Both the position numbers and the translations under genes were made by a program. A stretch of 63,921 nt of DNA, filler included, from Octopus bimaculoides (Eukaryota): assembly GCF_001194135.2 (NCBI RefSeq). It is 5 parts of 5 records of this genome, joined end to end, with 100 filler letters (N's around TTAATTAATTAA, not from the genome) between each part and the next. Parts side by side here need not be neighbours in the genome. Positions count along the whole stretch, not along the records: positions 1 to 26,345 come from NC_068988.1; 4 more parts are not named here. One strand, given 5' to 3'. Positions within the stretch are counted from its first letter, which is position 1. Every line of letters begins with the position of its first letter. A model generated the notes under the pieces. The model made no database searches, was not told the origin of the DNA, and saw nothing but the letters and a program-made list of their open reading frames with translations. This document shows, one piece after another, positions 1 through 15,284 of this stretch.

Positions 1-162
1 TTTGTTTTTTTTTCTGCTTTGTTTTCGACCCACTCGAAAAGAAAAACTCTACATTTGTATTTTGTCCCCTCTGTGTTGAGCCCTGTGTGGCTAATAAAGA
101 AACCTATCTATCTATCTATCTATCTATACATACATACATACATATATAGTATAACATATATA

Positions 163-538
163 CAGGGTGCAATGGGTAAATTGTCGACATTTTATATTTT
201 TAATTTCCCGCATGCGCATTGCTTCTTTTTGGCTTTGTCGACAACACAGTATTGTAAGGTCAGCTGGGCACCGTCTGTGAGAAAAACAGCACCATGACGC
301 AATTCACTCTGCCAGAAATTTGGAAACGACATGCTGTAGTGCTTGGCAGTGGCGCCTGAAGCTCCAATGCGAACATTTCATAGTGTTTGGGTGTTTGGGA
401 TTTTATTGAATAAATTTGCTCTTTAGTATTTCAAGATATTTTTATGCAATTCTGATAAATATATCTGTTAAAATGAGATGTCAGTGTTATTTTCATTTTT
501 GCGTAATTTAGACGACAGCTTACTCACCGCACGTCGTG
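163..538. mobile_element. Possible Tc1/mariner-type MITE with degenerate TIRs
   Basis: Starts TA|CAGGGTG. GTGCAATGGGTAAATTGTCGAC matches the reverse complement of the right end (GTGCGGTGAGTAAGCTGTCGTC) at ~16/22. Flanked by TA-rich repeats. Confidence 0.4.
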
Positions 539-874
539 TGTGTATATATATATATATTTATATATATATATATATGTAAATGATGATTGCTTCACCTTGT
601 CAGACGATAACCGAAGTTTTATTGAGACACTTGAATATTATTGGATTATAGCAGACTTTCCCAGCCTTTAAAGCCTTTGGGAAGCCTTGAAATGCATTCC
701 ACGTCTCAGGCTACTCCTACGCAGTGATTTGTAATGTATCTTAATCTTTTCCTTTCGCTTTCATACAGTTAATTTTCATAAGTGACTAAAACCAAGATGA
801 AATTAGTTCACAATTTGAAAAAATACTAACCACAATACATATATACGTGTATATTACATACACACACACACACA

Positions 875-943
<69 letters not shown>

Positions 944-1965
944 ATGTCTCTGTGTTTCTATGTGCATATATGTATGTGAATGTGTATACTTTCGTATACG
1001 TCACTATAATCACTTATAAAGTAGGTGGAATTTTTTCACTGTGAATATTCGTGTGTGTGTTTGTGTATACTTTAGGGTCACAATGATGTATGTATGTATG
1101 TATGTATGTATGTATGTATGTATGTATCTATCTATCTATCTGTCTATCTATCTGTCTGACTATCTGTCTGTCTGTCCGTCTATTTATTTAAATCAACACT
1201 TACCACCATCACCACAGCCACCATCACCAGCATCGACCAGCAACACCCAGACTGTTACACCCGCCGCCCTTATCAACCCACCAACTTCTTAATGTTCTAC
1301 GACAAAGGCAATAATAGTATGCACATGATAAGCAACTCAATCTAAACTAAAATATAATGGCTGAAATTAATGCGATATCCTGATGTATTTTAAAAGTTGA
1401 ACAAAATGTCTTTGTACTTTGGTCGTTGAGGATTGACTTTAGGCTAAACCGGAACAATCATACAATTATCAAGAACAATGTGACCATTGCTAACACTAAC
1501 AGTACAACCTACCATCACTATTACCATGATCGCCAATATTAATACCAATACAACTAACTGACACACTCACTACCACCGCTACTAAACCAACTTTTAGATA
1601 ACCAACTGGCAACAACAATAATAGTACCACCATGAAATTCTTGTCTGTACCTACGTATGTTGTATGCCACAAAAACACCAGTGAATGTGTATGAATAGGC
1701 TGTGAAGATTTTATAACTCAAGTCAGGAGTCAAAGGAGCGAAGTACCTATGAATCTGGTAATCCTTCAGCTAACTTTAATTATATGTTACTTCCTCCTAC
1801 CTCACTCCACCCTTTCATGGCATTTACATTCTTACATCCAACAGAATAAGTAACAATTTTTTACTCTCAGAAAACAATTTTTCCTGGTGCTATATTTTTT
1901 TTACTATAGATATGTTGTGTGATAAGTTTTGGCTGCCGCCACTTTTGGATTTACCTAAAATTCAA

Positions 1966-3560
1966 GATGTCTGGAAAGAAGTCATCAAGTGTAACTGAAG
2001 ACAGTTGTACAAAAACGAACTGTAAACAGGATTAAACAAGATACTAAAGTTAATGCTTTAAAATACCTAATGTGCAAGAGAAAATAGTTACAGTGTCAAA
2101 ACATTAAAGCTTGTCATATCTACTGTGGGAATAGGTGATACTAGAAGGAAAATTAAGTCAATGCTAAAGAAATAAGTACGTCAAATGTTCGGACCTAATT
2201 TTTTCATATATCTAATGTAATGCTTAGAATGGGACGGTCTTTGGCTGTATGGATCAAAAATCAAACTAGACGTGATATAACGATAAGCATGTTGGTAATT
2301 AAAAAGGTCAAAAGTTTGTACGGTGATTTTCTGAAAACGAATAAACTTCTAATGTCTGTATTGTCTGATTTGAAAGGTTTAATAGGCGTATGAATTCGCA
2401 CAATATAAAATGATAGGTGGGACTGCCGGTGCTGATACAGGAACTGCTACTAATAATCCTGAGCAGAAGAAAAGAAACGTTTCTAACAGCTCTCCGCCTT
2501 AATAATAAGAATGATTTCAAATTTTGGCACGAGGCCAGCAATTTCAGCAGAGAGGCTTACTTGATTACTTCTATACCAATACTTGACGGGTAATTTACTT
2601 TATCAGCTCCGAAAGAATGAAAAGCAAAGTTGACCTCAGCGGGATTTGATCTCAGAACTTTCTGTGAGTAGGTTAAAAGAGGATGGTTTTGAATTGAATA
2701 AGCAAGGTGGTGGGGGTCTGAGGCAACATCGCCATCTCCACAGCCTGCGTGATCGTCGCCGCTGTTGTCCATCGCCATCACCGCTGCTACCGCCGTCTTC
2801 ATCGTCGTCGTTGCTGGTGGTTATATCTGTATTGAGTATTTGTTACTTGATATCATCGGACGAGAACGGCTTAGGAAAGCCTTGCACACAATCCAATCCT
2901 CCACATTCAGCAATTAATTAAAAATACTCTTAATAAAAACAAGAATAAAATTCTTAAAATTATTGCTAAAGGTAGCTACACATCAGAGCAAGTATACATT
3001 GGTTCTGAAACTGCATTTCTGTGGAAGCTGTTACCTACTAGAACTTTATTTCTCGAACGGAAACAAAAATCAACATCAGAATTTCGAGTTTGTAAACATC
3101 GTCGAGGCATCTTCTGGGAGCAAATACTGTTAGTGTTTTGAAATTAAAACACTTACTCGTCTATCACGCCCAAAACCTAAAGATTTTAAGATTTATGCAA
3201 AATTTAATTTTACGTTTAAATAATAAAGCATGGATGACTAAGTGTCTTGTCGAAGAGCAGTTTACAAACATTTTTGTCCTGTACCATGCCAGGCATAACA
3301 ATTTCAACAAAGCATTTCTCGAGTTATCCGATAATGTGAGAGGCGTATATATCCCCCGAAATACAAATTTACGCCATCTTACGGATCAAGGTGTTATAGC
3401 TAATTTCAAGTCATATCAGAACTTTCAAATAACTTATGAGAGCAATTGACGATGAGGATAAAGCTACAGTTAGAGACTTCTGAAAGAAGTTCAACATAAT
3501 GGATGCTATGGACATTGGCTTGGGACAAAATTTGCTTAGGGAGTGCAAACCCAGGCCCAA
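1966..3560 (+). pseudogene. Decayed Tigger/pogo (CENP-B HTH + DDE_1) transposase, interrupted by SINE and simple-repeat DNA at ~2330-2960
   Basis: Fragments WIKNQTRRDITISMLVIKK, YTSEQVYIGSETAFLWKLLPTRT, KLKHLLVYH...NNKAWMT...LSDN...YIPRNT...DQGVIANFKSY and DF*KKFNIMDA...AWDKI; multiple stops and frameshifts. Confidence 0.78.
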
Positions 3561-4575
3561 AATTCTTTTAGAAATATGGTATATTTTGTTCTTCGTTCTT
3601 TGAGAAGAAACCTAACTTCAAGCCACTTCTTACAGATCACTTTTTACGCACTATTTTCTAAACCCAAGAAAAGTAAGTAGGGGTGCAAATTTTGATTTTG
3701 CATCGCCAAAAATTATAGGTGTGCTTACACCTCCTGCACCTGTCCTCAAGCCCATGGCTGCAGATAACACTGTTGAGTCAAGGAATGAAATAAAACCCTT
3801 AAGTTTGAATAGTGCTCGGGAAAATATATCGCCAGACTGCGTCCGTGACTTTCCAAGTTTTCCACTAAGAGAAAGTCTGCAGGAAATTGGGAAAGATATG
3901 GCACTTGTACATGATATAGGGTTCGAACAAGTCATATGGGATGATGCGCTTGACATGTACATGATATAGGGTCTGAACAAGTCATAGGGGATGATTTGTG
4001 ATGCTTGTGTTTTACTCAGGAAGTATATCTATCAGGAACTGGTGCTGTTTGAATAGGAGAAAGTTAAGAATACATAGGAACATACGGACTTGTCATTAGC
4101 TCAAATTTACTGCAAAGTGTATTGCTAACGATTTGACATTTATAGAGAGAAGTCGACAAGATTTTGCTCCTAACAGACTTAATCGTGAATGTAACATAAA
4201 AGTTACAAGAAATGTTTTTAACGAGTTCACTTCCTACTCTTAGTTGTACAAAGCAATGACGTGCTATAACCATCAATCAATGTTGGATCAGTTCTTCGGT
4301 CCTCGAGAAAATGTTGCCGATGAGCTATAAGATAGAAAATAATATTTCTCACAATCCCAGTGACTCTCAATAATCTGTCACCATCTCTCCTACAAAAGCC
4401 AACTTCTTTGGTGGTATGAATGTACCCTATTATATGAATGTACCCTATTAATGTATTATGTTTCTTACGTGTTCCCTAACGATGTTGTGTATAAATGTGT
4501 CTGTTTAGATATTAATTCCATATATAGACACGGCCTTGTTTGATTTTGCGTTTTCTTTCTTTAAAACCTAACACA

Positions 4576-4655
<80 letters not shown>

Positions 4656-5520
4656 ATGGGTTTTTATAGAGCCTTTTCCGACCAAATTTATTCACAAGGA
4701 ATTGGTCAACCCGGGTCTATAACAGAAGAAGATACATGCCTAAGGTGCTGCGCCGTGGGGCCGAACCCGAAGCCACGCGGTTGCAAAGTTATTTTAGCTA
4801 CAAAGCCATGCTTGCGCTCATATGTATGCATAGATGTTTGGATGTATGTACGCACGTACGCATGGATATACGCACTAACGCATCGATCTATATATGAATA
4901 TAGATCGATGCATTCCTGTATGTGAGCATAAAAGCATAGTCTATGCATATTTAATCAATAGTGTCACCAAAACGTTATGCTTCTGTGTGTCTCTATTCTG
5001 CACTATCAATGTTTACATAATGTAAGAAATGTTTTGATAAGTATAAGACAAAATACTGCTACACAATTAAGTCCTCGTTCAAAACGTTAATTCCCTTTCT
5101 GTCTCTAATCTCGTATATATAATCCTAGTAAAACTAGAGCATATGATGTTGAGAGGTTCATGCCGTTCTCAAAAACCGTAGAAGCGGAAATGAAGCGAAA
5201 TTCTTTCTTAGGACAACTAAAATTGGTTCAGTGGATTTGTTCCGCGGGCAGCTTAGCAATTAATCACGTGTGTGTATTTACATTTGGTGGCTTATAATAT
5301 ACAAAGACGCTAAGTGTATGCATTGAGGAAACATAGACAATACAAGCGTACGCATGCACACACACACACGCGCGCGTGCACACATGCGTGCATATTATAT
5401 ATATATATATATCTGTGTGAAAAAGTAATTATAGGCATATCTATATATTTGTATCTCTTAATAGTGAGTTCATCATAGGTAGGCAGATGGATAGAAAGAT
5501 ACAGCGCGTTTGTGTGTGTA

Positions 5521-5585
<65 letters not shown>

Positions 5586-5738
5586 GAGGGGTGGAGAGAG
5601 AGGAGAGAAGGTGAGTAAGTTCGTGATATGCGGGTGCTATTGCATGTACGTATATTCTCTGTGTGCATATGTATATATACATTTATATCTGTATATTAGT
5701 ATTTATAGCTGGGTCTGTATATATTTGCTGTGTTATAT

Positions 5739-5783
<45 letters not shown>

Positions 5784-6084
5784 GTGTGTGTGTACGATAT
5801 GTGGTACTTGTGTATCATATATACAAGTAGACAGAGAAGCTGTAGATGTAAATAAACAAGATGACCGTTATGAAAAAGAAAAAGAAAAGATAGACAAGAA
5901 GACAGACAGCGAGCTAGATATACAGAGAGAAGAGAGAGAGAAGGAAAGAGAGAGAGAGAGAGAGAGAGAGTGGGGAATAGGCAGATGGAATGATACGGAG
6001 AAACAGAGATAGAAAATATACAGGAAGAGACTGAAAGAGAGAGCGAGCGAACAGAGAGAACCGATAGCTAGAGAGTGACAGGAA

Positions 6085-6149
<65 letters not shown>

Positions 6150-6284
6150 TGTATGTGTGTGTGTGCGTGTGTGAGGGAGTGAAAGAGTGAGGCAAAGACA
6201 GACAGATATACAGACAGATATATGGAAAGGGAGAGAGAGAGAAAGAGAAATGTAAATTGACATTCGGCGAAATATATGGAGATT

Positions 6285-6318
<34 letters not shown>

Positions 6319-7031
6319 NNNNNNNNNNNNNNNNNNNNNNNNNNNNNNNNNNNNNNNNNNNNNNNNNNNNNNNNNNNNNNNNNNNNNNNNNNNNNNNNNN
6401 NNNNNNNNNNNNNNNNNNNNNNNNNNNNNNNNNNNNNNNNNNNNNNNNNNNNNNNNNNNNNNNNNNNNNNNNNNNNNNNNNNNNNNNNNNNNNNNNNNNN
6501 NNNNNNNNNNNNNNNNNNNNNNNNNNNNNNNNNNNNNNNNNNNNNNNNNNNNNNNNNNNNNNNNNNNNNNNNNNNNNNNNNNNNNNNNNNNNNNNNNNNN
6601 NNNNNNNNNNNNNNNNNNNNNNNNNNNNNNNNNNNNNNNNNNNNNNNNNNNNNNNNNNNNNNNNNNNNNNNNNNNNNNNNNNNNNNNNNNNNNNNNNNNN
6701 NNNNNNNNNNNNNNNNNNNNNNNNNNNNNNNNNNNNNNNNNNNNNNNNNNNNNNNNNNNNNNNNNNNNNNNNNNNNNNNNNNNNNNNNNNNNNNNNNNNN
6801 NNNNNNNNNNNNNNNNNNNNNNNNNNNNNNNNNNNNNNNNNNNNNNNNNNNNNNNNNNNNNNNNNNNNNNNNNNNNNNNNNNNNNNNNNNNNNNNNNNNN
6901 NNNNNNNNNNNNNNNNNNNNNNNNNNNNNNNNNNNNNNNNNNNNNNNNNNNNNNNNNNNNNNNNNNNNNNNNNNNNNNNNCAGACATATATACATACATA
7001 CACAGATACATACATACATAGTTACATAAAT

Positions 7032-7072
<41 letters not shown>

Positions 7073-7093
7073 CACACATATATACATATATAG

Positions 7094-7131
<38 letters not shown>

Positions 7132-7321
7132 ATCACTCAAGTGATGTAACCATATATGTGCTGCTCGTGACATTTTTCCTTCTCGGGACTTTTCCATTTT
7201 CTTTCCTGACGAAGAGCTATGCTTGAAACTTTAAAAATTAACTCTTGTTTTGTTATTGCAATTTTTAAAATTCGATTGTTAATGTTCAACTTTTAATATT
7301 CGATTTGAGTATATATATGTG

Positions 7322-7354
<33 letters not shown>

Positions 7355-7920
7355 ACATATATGTATATGTATATATATATANNNNNNNNNNGGGGGGGGA
7401 GAGATTGAGAAAGAGTGAGAGAGAGAGTGAGAGAAAGCTGAAAAGAGTGTGACTGGGAAAGAGAGAGAGAGAGAGGTAAAGAGAAGCAGAGAAAGAGAGA
7501 GAAGTAAAGGGAGAGGAAGAAAAAAAAATATAGAGAGAGAGGAGAGAGATAAATCTACGGAGAAATGGCTATGTAGTTGCCAGTGAGATTCGCACATAAC
7601 TAGCTACATGGAAAGAAAAGATGAAGCTGATCATTTGATTAATTTTCAATGATTGATTAAATGATTGATCGGCTCATTAATGAAATGACTTACTGAATCG
7701 TTGACAAATAGACACATATGTAGCTCACATATTTACATACTCTCGTGTATGCATTAATACAAAGACACATACAAACAGACATATTTATCATTATAAACAG
7801 TCATACACATACTTATATACACACGCAATTATTCTCATACATATACAGACACAGACGAGTACACATACACAGACATATATACATACATACACAGATACAT
7901 ACATACATAGTTACATAAAT

Positions 7921-7961
<41 letters not shown>

Positions 7962-7982
7962 CACACATATATACATATATAG

Positions 7983-8018
<36 letters not shown>

Positions 8019-9532
8019 NNNNNNNNNNNNNNNNNNNNNNNNNNNNNNNNNNNNNNNNNNNNNNNNNNNNNNNNNNNNNNNNNNNNNNNNNNNNNNNNNN
8101 NNNNNNNNNNNNNNNNNNNNNNNNNNNNNNNNNNNNNNNNNNNNNNNNNNNNNNNNNNNNNNNNNNNNNNNNNNNNNNNNNNNNNNNNNNNNNNNNNNNN
8201 NNNNNNNNNNNNNNNNNNNNNNNNNNNNNNNNNNNNNNNNNNNNNNNNNNNNNNNNNNNNNNNNNNNNNNNNNNNNNNNNNNNNNNNNNNNNNNNNNNNN
8301 NNNNNNNNNNNNNNNNNNNNNNNNNNNNNNNNNNNNNNNNNNNNNNNNNNNNNNNNNNNNNNNNNNNNNNNNNNNNNNNNNNNNNNNNNNNNNNNNNNNN
8401 NNNNNNNNNNNNNNNNNNNNNNNNNNNNNNNNNNNNNNNNNNNNNNNNNNNNNNNNNNNNNNNNNNNNNNNNNNNNNNNNNNNNNNNNNNNNNNNNNNNN
8501 NNNNNNNNNNNNNNNNNNNNNNNNNNNNNNNNNNNNNNNNNNNNNNNNNNNNNNNNNNNNNNNNNNNNNNNNNNNNNNNNNNNNNNNNNNNNNNNNNNNN
8601 NNNNNNTTTTAGAAAAAGATTATCAAAAGTCTTTGAGAATAATAAAAAATGTTAAAAAACAGTTCGAGTATTAAAATGCATATATACATTCTTTGATGAT
8701 AAAATATATTTAAAGTATAAAGCTTTGTATGGACTTTGTATTGTTACATACTGATTATCACACATTCTCTGATATTAAAATGAAAATGTTAAAAACAGTG
8801 TATGAAAATACACATATGGAAAAATACATATACATATTCTTATACATATTCTTTGACAATCGAATAAAGTTGAGGAGGAACTGACCTGGCTTTTTTCTCT
8901 TGTGTATATTGAGGGAATGTTTTACTGTCTTTAATAAACTGGATGTGTTATCAACATATTAGCGCTGAATGATAGAAGGAAGATGTTGTTTGGTATGTTT
9001 TCCTGTTACATACAAACATGAATACCTATATACATACACACATACATACATACATACATACAGACAGACAGGCACACACACACACAAAGCACAGACACAT
9101 GCATTCGACGCACTGGTGAAGCTGCAATGTATTACACAGGCACTCAACTATGAGCCCACTGCATCATATAGCAGAAACAACTGTAAGCTGATGAAGTTCG
9201 TAAGACAATCGTGTATGTTTATTCCTTTGTCATATCTCAATTTCTTTATATCATTGCTATTACGGAAAAGTGTCGTAATTCCAAAACGTTGCCTGTTTTG
9301 CAGAAAACGAAAAAATAGTTTCACCATTCCAGAACAAAACTTTGGCAACTTTTTATATCTTGGCATCTGAAGCAGCTAGAGATACGATAGTTTGACCAAA
9401 AGTACCGGTTATTGCAAACAAAAATAATATTGAGAAAAACGCATTTGGCCAGATTTTGACATATCTGAGTTTAACATAATAGTAACGATATCTATATCTA
9501 TCTATCTATATATATATATATATATATATCTA

Positions 9533-9605
<73 letters not shown>

Positions 9606-10320
9606 NNNNNNNNNNNNNNNNNNNNNNNNNNNNNNNNNNNNNNNNNNNNNNNNNNNNNNNNNNNNNNNNNNNNNNNNNNNNNNNNNNNNNNNNNNNNNNN
9701 NNNNNNNNNNNNNNNNNNNNNNNNNNNNNNNNNNNNNNNNNNNNNNNNNNNNNNNNNNNNNNNNNNNNNNNNNNNNNNNNNNNNNNNNNNNNAGAGTTCC
9801 TTGCTCCTTATAGTGTAAGTGAGAGAAATTGAGCTGGAAGGTAGGAAGAGATGATGAGCAGTGATTTAGTAGTGAATGCTGATGCACCAATGAGAGAATG
9901 TTTCGAGTTGAAGCACCCAATGACTGTTCGATACAGTCTGATGACATCAGTTCTTTATTATGAAAGATACATTTACCAAAAATTAATTAAAAACAAGCTT
10001 CTTCCTGTAGATGTCATCAAAATTAAGAAGTTTTATATTAATAAGAAGTTTTAATTTAAGAGTCGGTTATCCGGTTTCAATGGCGTATAAATTCCTCACC
10101 TGAATGGGACGCCAGTCCATCGTAGGATTATTCATTTTTGCTAGCTCAGCTAACTGGAGAAACGTGAAAAGAAATGTTTTGCTCAAGAAAACAATGCATC
10201 CCACGGTCCTGGAATTGAAACCACAGTCTGACGATCACGAGTCCAACACCTTAGCCACTACGCCACGCGTCCATGAAATTTTCTTGGGTTATTACTCACT
10301 TATAATATTTCCAGGTAATA

Positions 10321-10533
10321 TGGCGGTGAGCTGGCAGAAACGTTAGCACGCCGGGCGAAATGCTTAGAGGTATTTCTTCTGTCTTTATGTGCTGAGTTCA
10401 AATTACGTCGAGGTCAACTTTGCCTTTCATCCTTTCGGAGTCGATAATTTAAGTACCAGTTTCGTACTGGGGTCCATCTAATCGACTGGCCCCCATCCCC
10501 AAAATTTCGGACCTTGTGCCTAGAGTAGAAAAG
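10321..10533 (+). mobile_element. tRNA-derived SINE with GCCTTTCATCCTTTCGGGGTCGATAA-type central domain (Meta-domain-like)
   Basis: Head TGGCGGTGAGCTGGCAG, B-box GAGTTCAAAT and a conserved core. Further copies lie at ~2557-2660(-), 11975-12068, 21075-21230, 21868-22080(-), 24706-24925, 49565-49690, 53225-53365 and 55130-55225. Confidence 0.8.
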
Positions 10534-12659
10534 AAACGAATATTACCTTACCCTTTAAGAAACTATGACCTACACTTTTGAATGAGTGAATTAAATCCTG
10601 GTCACGTGGTTACCTACTTTGGCGTCGTTTAGTACGGTTTTCAGATAATCGATTTACATTTGATTCCGGCTCCCAAATTACTCGCTTCCCAAAATTTTTC
10701 TCGCCTTTCACGCTCTCACTGTCTCCCCTTGTCTCTGTATCTTACTCCCCCCCGACTCTTTGTATCTTTCTCTCTCTCTCTGTGTCCGTCTACCTGTCTG
10801 TGTCCGTCTACCTGTCTGTCTGTCTGTCTGTCTCTGTTTCTTATTATTTGTAAAATTCTTCTCACTATTTTTCTCTTATTCACTTTCATCTTTTTCTCTT
10901 TCCTATATCACATACACATTTAAGCAGCTATATATGCTCTCACTAACACACGAACAAACTAAACAAGCTTACACACACACACACACACACACGCACACAC
11001 ACACACATAGAGAAAAATTGCCCCTCGAAACATACGCAAACACATACTCCCATACACATAAGCTCATGCACAAATGCGCTCCCAAACACATACAAAATCA
11101 CACAGGCATACACAAATGCATACACATTTACACAAACAAAGACGTTCACAGACACATAAAAAACACACACTCACATACATATACTAAAATGGCGTCCAAA
11201 CATATCCGAAAATACCCACAATCAAAAACATGTGCAAGCTTACACGTATACATAAAAGTGCTTCGAACCCACATCCCTATGCATACAAAAATCGTTCTCA
11301 AACACATTATAGAATCGCACAAACATCCACAATCCAACTCGCACGCGAACATGTAGCAAGACAATAGCGTAACATAACACCAATAATACCCATACGATAT
11401 CTGCATTATTATAATGTTATCTGGTGAAGAAATATTAATACCTTTACTATTCCCGCCAAGATATATCAATTACTTTATACAAGAAAGTGAATCGTCCAAA
11501 ACACTTTAATTGTTTTCTTCCCCTCTCACATTCTGCCTGTCTGTCTGTCTGTCTGCCTCTATCTCTATCTGTCTGTTTGTCTTCTACTTGCCTGTCTGTC
11601 TATCTGTGTCTGTTGTTCTCTCTCGTCTCTCAGTTCCTATCATTCACTTTCAATAATTTTATCTTAAAAACATTTTACTACTGGTTTCAGTCATTGAAAC
11701 TTTTTCAACTCTAAGTATGGAAAACAATAAAATTTTGGAAAAATTAAATGAAAAGTTTTTTAAAACAACGTTTCATTTAATTTGTCCAAAATTTTATTGT
11801 TTTCTATACCTAGAGATGAAAATGTATCAAAGACTGAAACCGGTACTAAAATGTTTTTTATGATAAAATTATCTTAGCATTTTCTACCTTGACTTATTTT
11901 CCTTAGGCATATCAACTCGTTTCTTCATTTTCAACAATCTACATATCTTTAAATATATATATACACACAAGACAGCGAGCTAGTAGAGTCGTTACCTCGC
12001 CGGGCAAAATGCATAGCGGTATTTTGTCTGTCTTTAAATTCAAGGCCTTGTGCCTATAGTAGAAAGGATNNNNNNNNNNNNNNNNNNNNNNNNNNNNNNN
12101 NNNNNNNNNNNNNNNNNNNNNNNNNNNNNNNNNNNNNNNNNNNNNNNNNNNNNNNNNNNNNNNNNNNNNNNNNNNNNNNNNNNNNNNNNNNNNNNNNNNN
12201 NNNNNNNNNNNNNNNNNNNNNNNNNNNNNNNNNNNNNNNNNNNNNNNNNNNNNNNNNNNNNNNNNNNNNNNNNNNNNNNNNNNNNNNNNNNNNNNNNNNN
12301 NNNNNNNNNNNNNNNNNNNNNNNNNNNNNNNNNNNNNNNNNNNNNNNNNNNNNNNNNNNNNNNNNNNNNNNNNNNNNNNNNNNNNNNNNNNNNNNNNNNN
12401 NNNNNNNNNNNNNNNNNNNNNNNNNNNNNNNNNNNNNNNNNNNNNNNNNNNNNNNNNNNNNNNNNNTATATGCATACACATATATTTATATATATATATA
12501 AATATATATATACACACAAGACAGCGAGCTAGTAGAGTCGTTACCTCGCCGGGCAAAATGCATAGCGGTATTTTGTCTGTCTTTAAATTCAAGGCCTTGT
12601 GCCTATAGTAGAAAGGATATATATATTCTTTTTTCTTTTATTCTTTTATTCTTTTATTC

Positions 12660-12846
12660 TTTTATTTGCTTTAGTCGTTTGACTGCGGCCATTCTGGAGC
12701 ACCACCTTTAGTCGAAAAAATCGACCCCAGGACTTATTCTTTGTAAGCCTAGTACTTATTCTATCGGAATCTGCTTTGCCGAACCGCTAAGTTGCGGGGA
12801 CGTAAACACAGCAACATCTGTTGTCAAGCGATGGTGGGGGAAAAAG

Positions 12847-12886
<40 letters not shown>

Positions 12887-13028
12887 CACAGATATATACG
12901 ACGGGCTTTTTTCAGTTTCCGTCTACCAAATCCACTCACTTGGCCTTGGACACTTGCCCAAGGTGTCACGCAGTGGGACTGAACCCGGAACCATGTGATT
13001 TGTAAGCAAAACACCACACAGCCACTTC
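12660..13028 (-). mobile_element. tRNA-headed CORE-type octopus SINE with internal (CA/TG)n tract
   Basis: The minus-strand head has GGTTCCGGGTTCAGTCCCACTGCGTGACACCTTGGGCAAGTG and the tail is CTAAAGGTGGTGCTCCAGAATGGCCGCAGTCAAACGACTAAAGC. Related copies lie at 4655-4815, 14590-15047, 16735-16960(+), 19778-20224, 20595-20975, 48324-48466(+), 58270-58501 and 62718-62775. Confidence 0.82.
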
Positions 13029-13030
13029 TA

Positions 13031-13089
<59 letters not shown>

Positions 13090-14173
13090 GGGTATGTATA
13101 CTATATATGTTAAATGTGTGTGTATGTGCATGTATTTGTATATACATGCACGCCTTTCTGCGCATATGCAAAAATATATCCTAGTTTTATTACTTTCACC
13201 CTATTATCATTATTATAATTTTTGTTTTCGTAGTTTCCTTTATTTATTGTTAATATGAGTGCATCTATGTGTACGTGTATGCGCACGTACATACACACAG
13301 AAGACACAGACACACACACAGATATATTTACATTAACAAGAAAACAAAAAATAGCAAGGCAAAAAAAAAACAAAGAAAAATAATAATAATAATAATAATA
13401 ATAAACTTCTTCGCGGTACATCCTTTCATTCATTTCGCAACATAAGATTAGCTTTCCACGAGGAATTACACATGAAAATCGATAATAAATCAAACGGTGG
13501 CAGATAGGTAACAGCATCGACGGCATCAGCACCACCACCACCACCACCACCACCACCATCACATCCAACACCTCCTCTACACCTCCACCACCTACACAAC
13601 AACAACACCAACAGCAGCAGCAGCAGTAGCAGCGACGTCGACAACTGTAACAGTAAATTCTCTTCTTATGACATCTACCCTTATATTGCGTTTATGTTCN
13701 NNNNNNNNNNNNNNNNNNNNNNNNNNNNNNNNNNNNNNNNNNNNNNNNNNNNNNNNNNNNNNNNNNNNNNNNNNNNNNNNNNNNNNNNNNNNNNNNNNNN
13801 NNNNNNNNNNNNNNNNNNNNNNNNNNNNNNNNNNNNNNNNNNNNNNNNNNNNNNNNNNNNNNNNNNNNNNNNNNNNNNNNNNNNNNNNNNNNNNNNNNNN
13901 NNNNNNNNNNNNNNNNNNNNNNNNNNNNNNNNNNNNNNNNNNNNNNNNNNNNNNNNNNNNNNNNNNNNNNNNNNNNNNNNNNNNNNNNNNNNNNNNNNNN
14001 NNNNNNNNNNNNNNNNNNNNNNNNNNNNNNNNNNNNNNNNNNNNNNNNNNNNNNNNNNNNNNNNNNNNNNNNNNNNNNNNNNNNNNNNNNNNNNNNNNNN
14101 NNNNNNNNNNNNNNNNNNNNNNNNNNNNNNNNNNNNNNNNNNNNNNNNNNNNNNNNNNNNNNNNNNNNNNNNN

Positions 14174-14222
<49 letters not shown>

Positions 14223-14459
14223 CGTCGGGAACTGATGTTTTTCCCCGACATTGTACATACATGCATATACACACATATATATACACACACACACAAACAC
14301 ACGCATATATACACAATCACACGAATGCATATACTCATATGAGCATATAAGCTCATATACAAATACATGCGCATAGATATATATGTTCAGATATGCATAT
14401 GTACACAGAAACATATATACACACATATATATATACACACTCATATATATATGTACATA

Positions 14460-14507
<48 letters not shown>

Positions 14508-14541
14508 TACATATATATACTCATACACATACGCGCGCGCG

Positions 14542-14580
<39 letters not shown>

Positions 14581-14589
14581 CCTGTATCT

Positions 14590-14831
14590 TATACTTCTTT
14601 CAGTCATTAGACTGCAGCCATGGTGGGGTAGCGCCTTAAATTTTTAGCAGAATGAATCGATCCCAGTACATCTTTTGTAAACCTGGTACTTATGCTCTTT
14701 TGCCGAACTGCTAAGTTACGCAGATACAAACACACCAGTATCGGTGGTCAAGTGATGGTGTTGGGGGGAGAAACACAGACAAAAAGACACACACACACAT
14801 ACAAATACATACATATTTATATATATATATA

Positions 14832-14885
<54 letters not shown>

Positions 14886-15047
14886 GTGCTTCTTTCAGTT
14901 TCCGTCTACTAACTGCACTCACAAAGCTTTGGTCGACACAAAGGCTAAAGTAGAAAACATTACCCAATGTGCCATGTGGTGGAATTGAACCCGGGACCAT
15001 GTACGTTGGGAAGCAAGCTTCTTACCACGCTGCCACGTCTGCGCCTA
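14590..15047 (-). mobile_element. CORE-type SINE copy with internal (CA)/(TA) microsatellite
   Basis: Colinear with 12660-13028. Confidence 0.8.
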
Positions 15048-15284
15048 TATGTACTTATATATTCTCACCAGCTGGCTCAATGCCCTCAAAAATGACGGCT
15101 AATTGTATTTTATACATAAATATGGATGGTAAATCAAATTAATAACTTGTCAAAGTTATCTAATGGCTGACTTTTGAGATTTGCCAATCGATCATCATTT
15201 GTTACTGAAAGAACTCTGGTTCACACATACAAACATGCACATACTTCCCTTACACGCACACACATACACACATATATATCCACA

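Noticed and set aside
3651-3980. ORFs 3651-3980(-) and 3721-3969(+) as host genes
   Set aside because: They lie in the 3' part of the Tigger fossil, include a local ~50-bp tandem duplication, and show no recognisable domain.
6981-8018. Duplication of 6981-7130 at ~7870-8018
   Set aside because: Both copies are low-complexity and abut gaps, so an assembly artefact is likely.
11950-12618. Exact ~120-bp duplication (11950-12069 and 12497-12618) as a tandem SINE duplication or LTR pair
   Set aside because: The identical copies flank an N gap, typical of an unmerged contig overlap.
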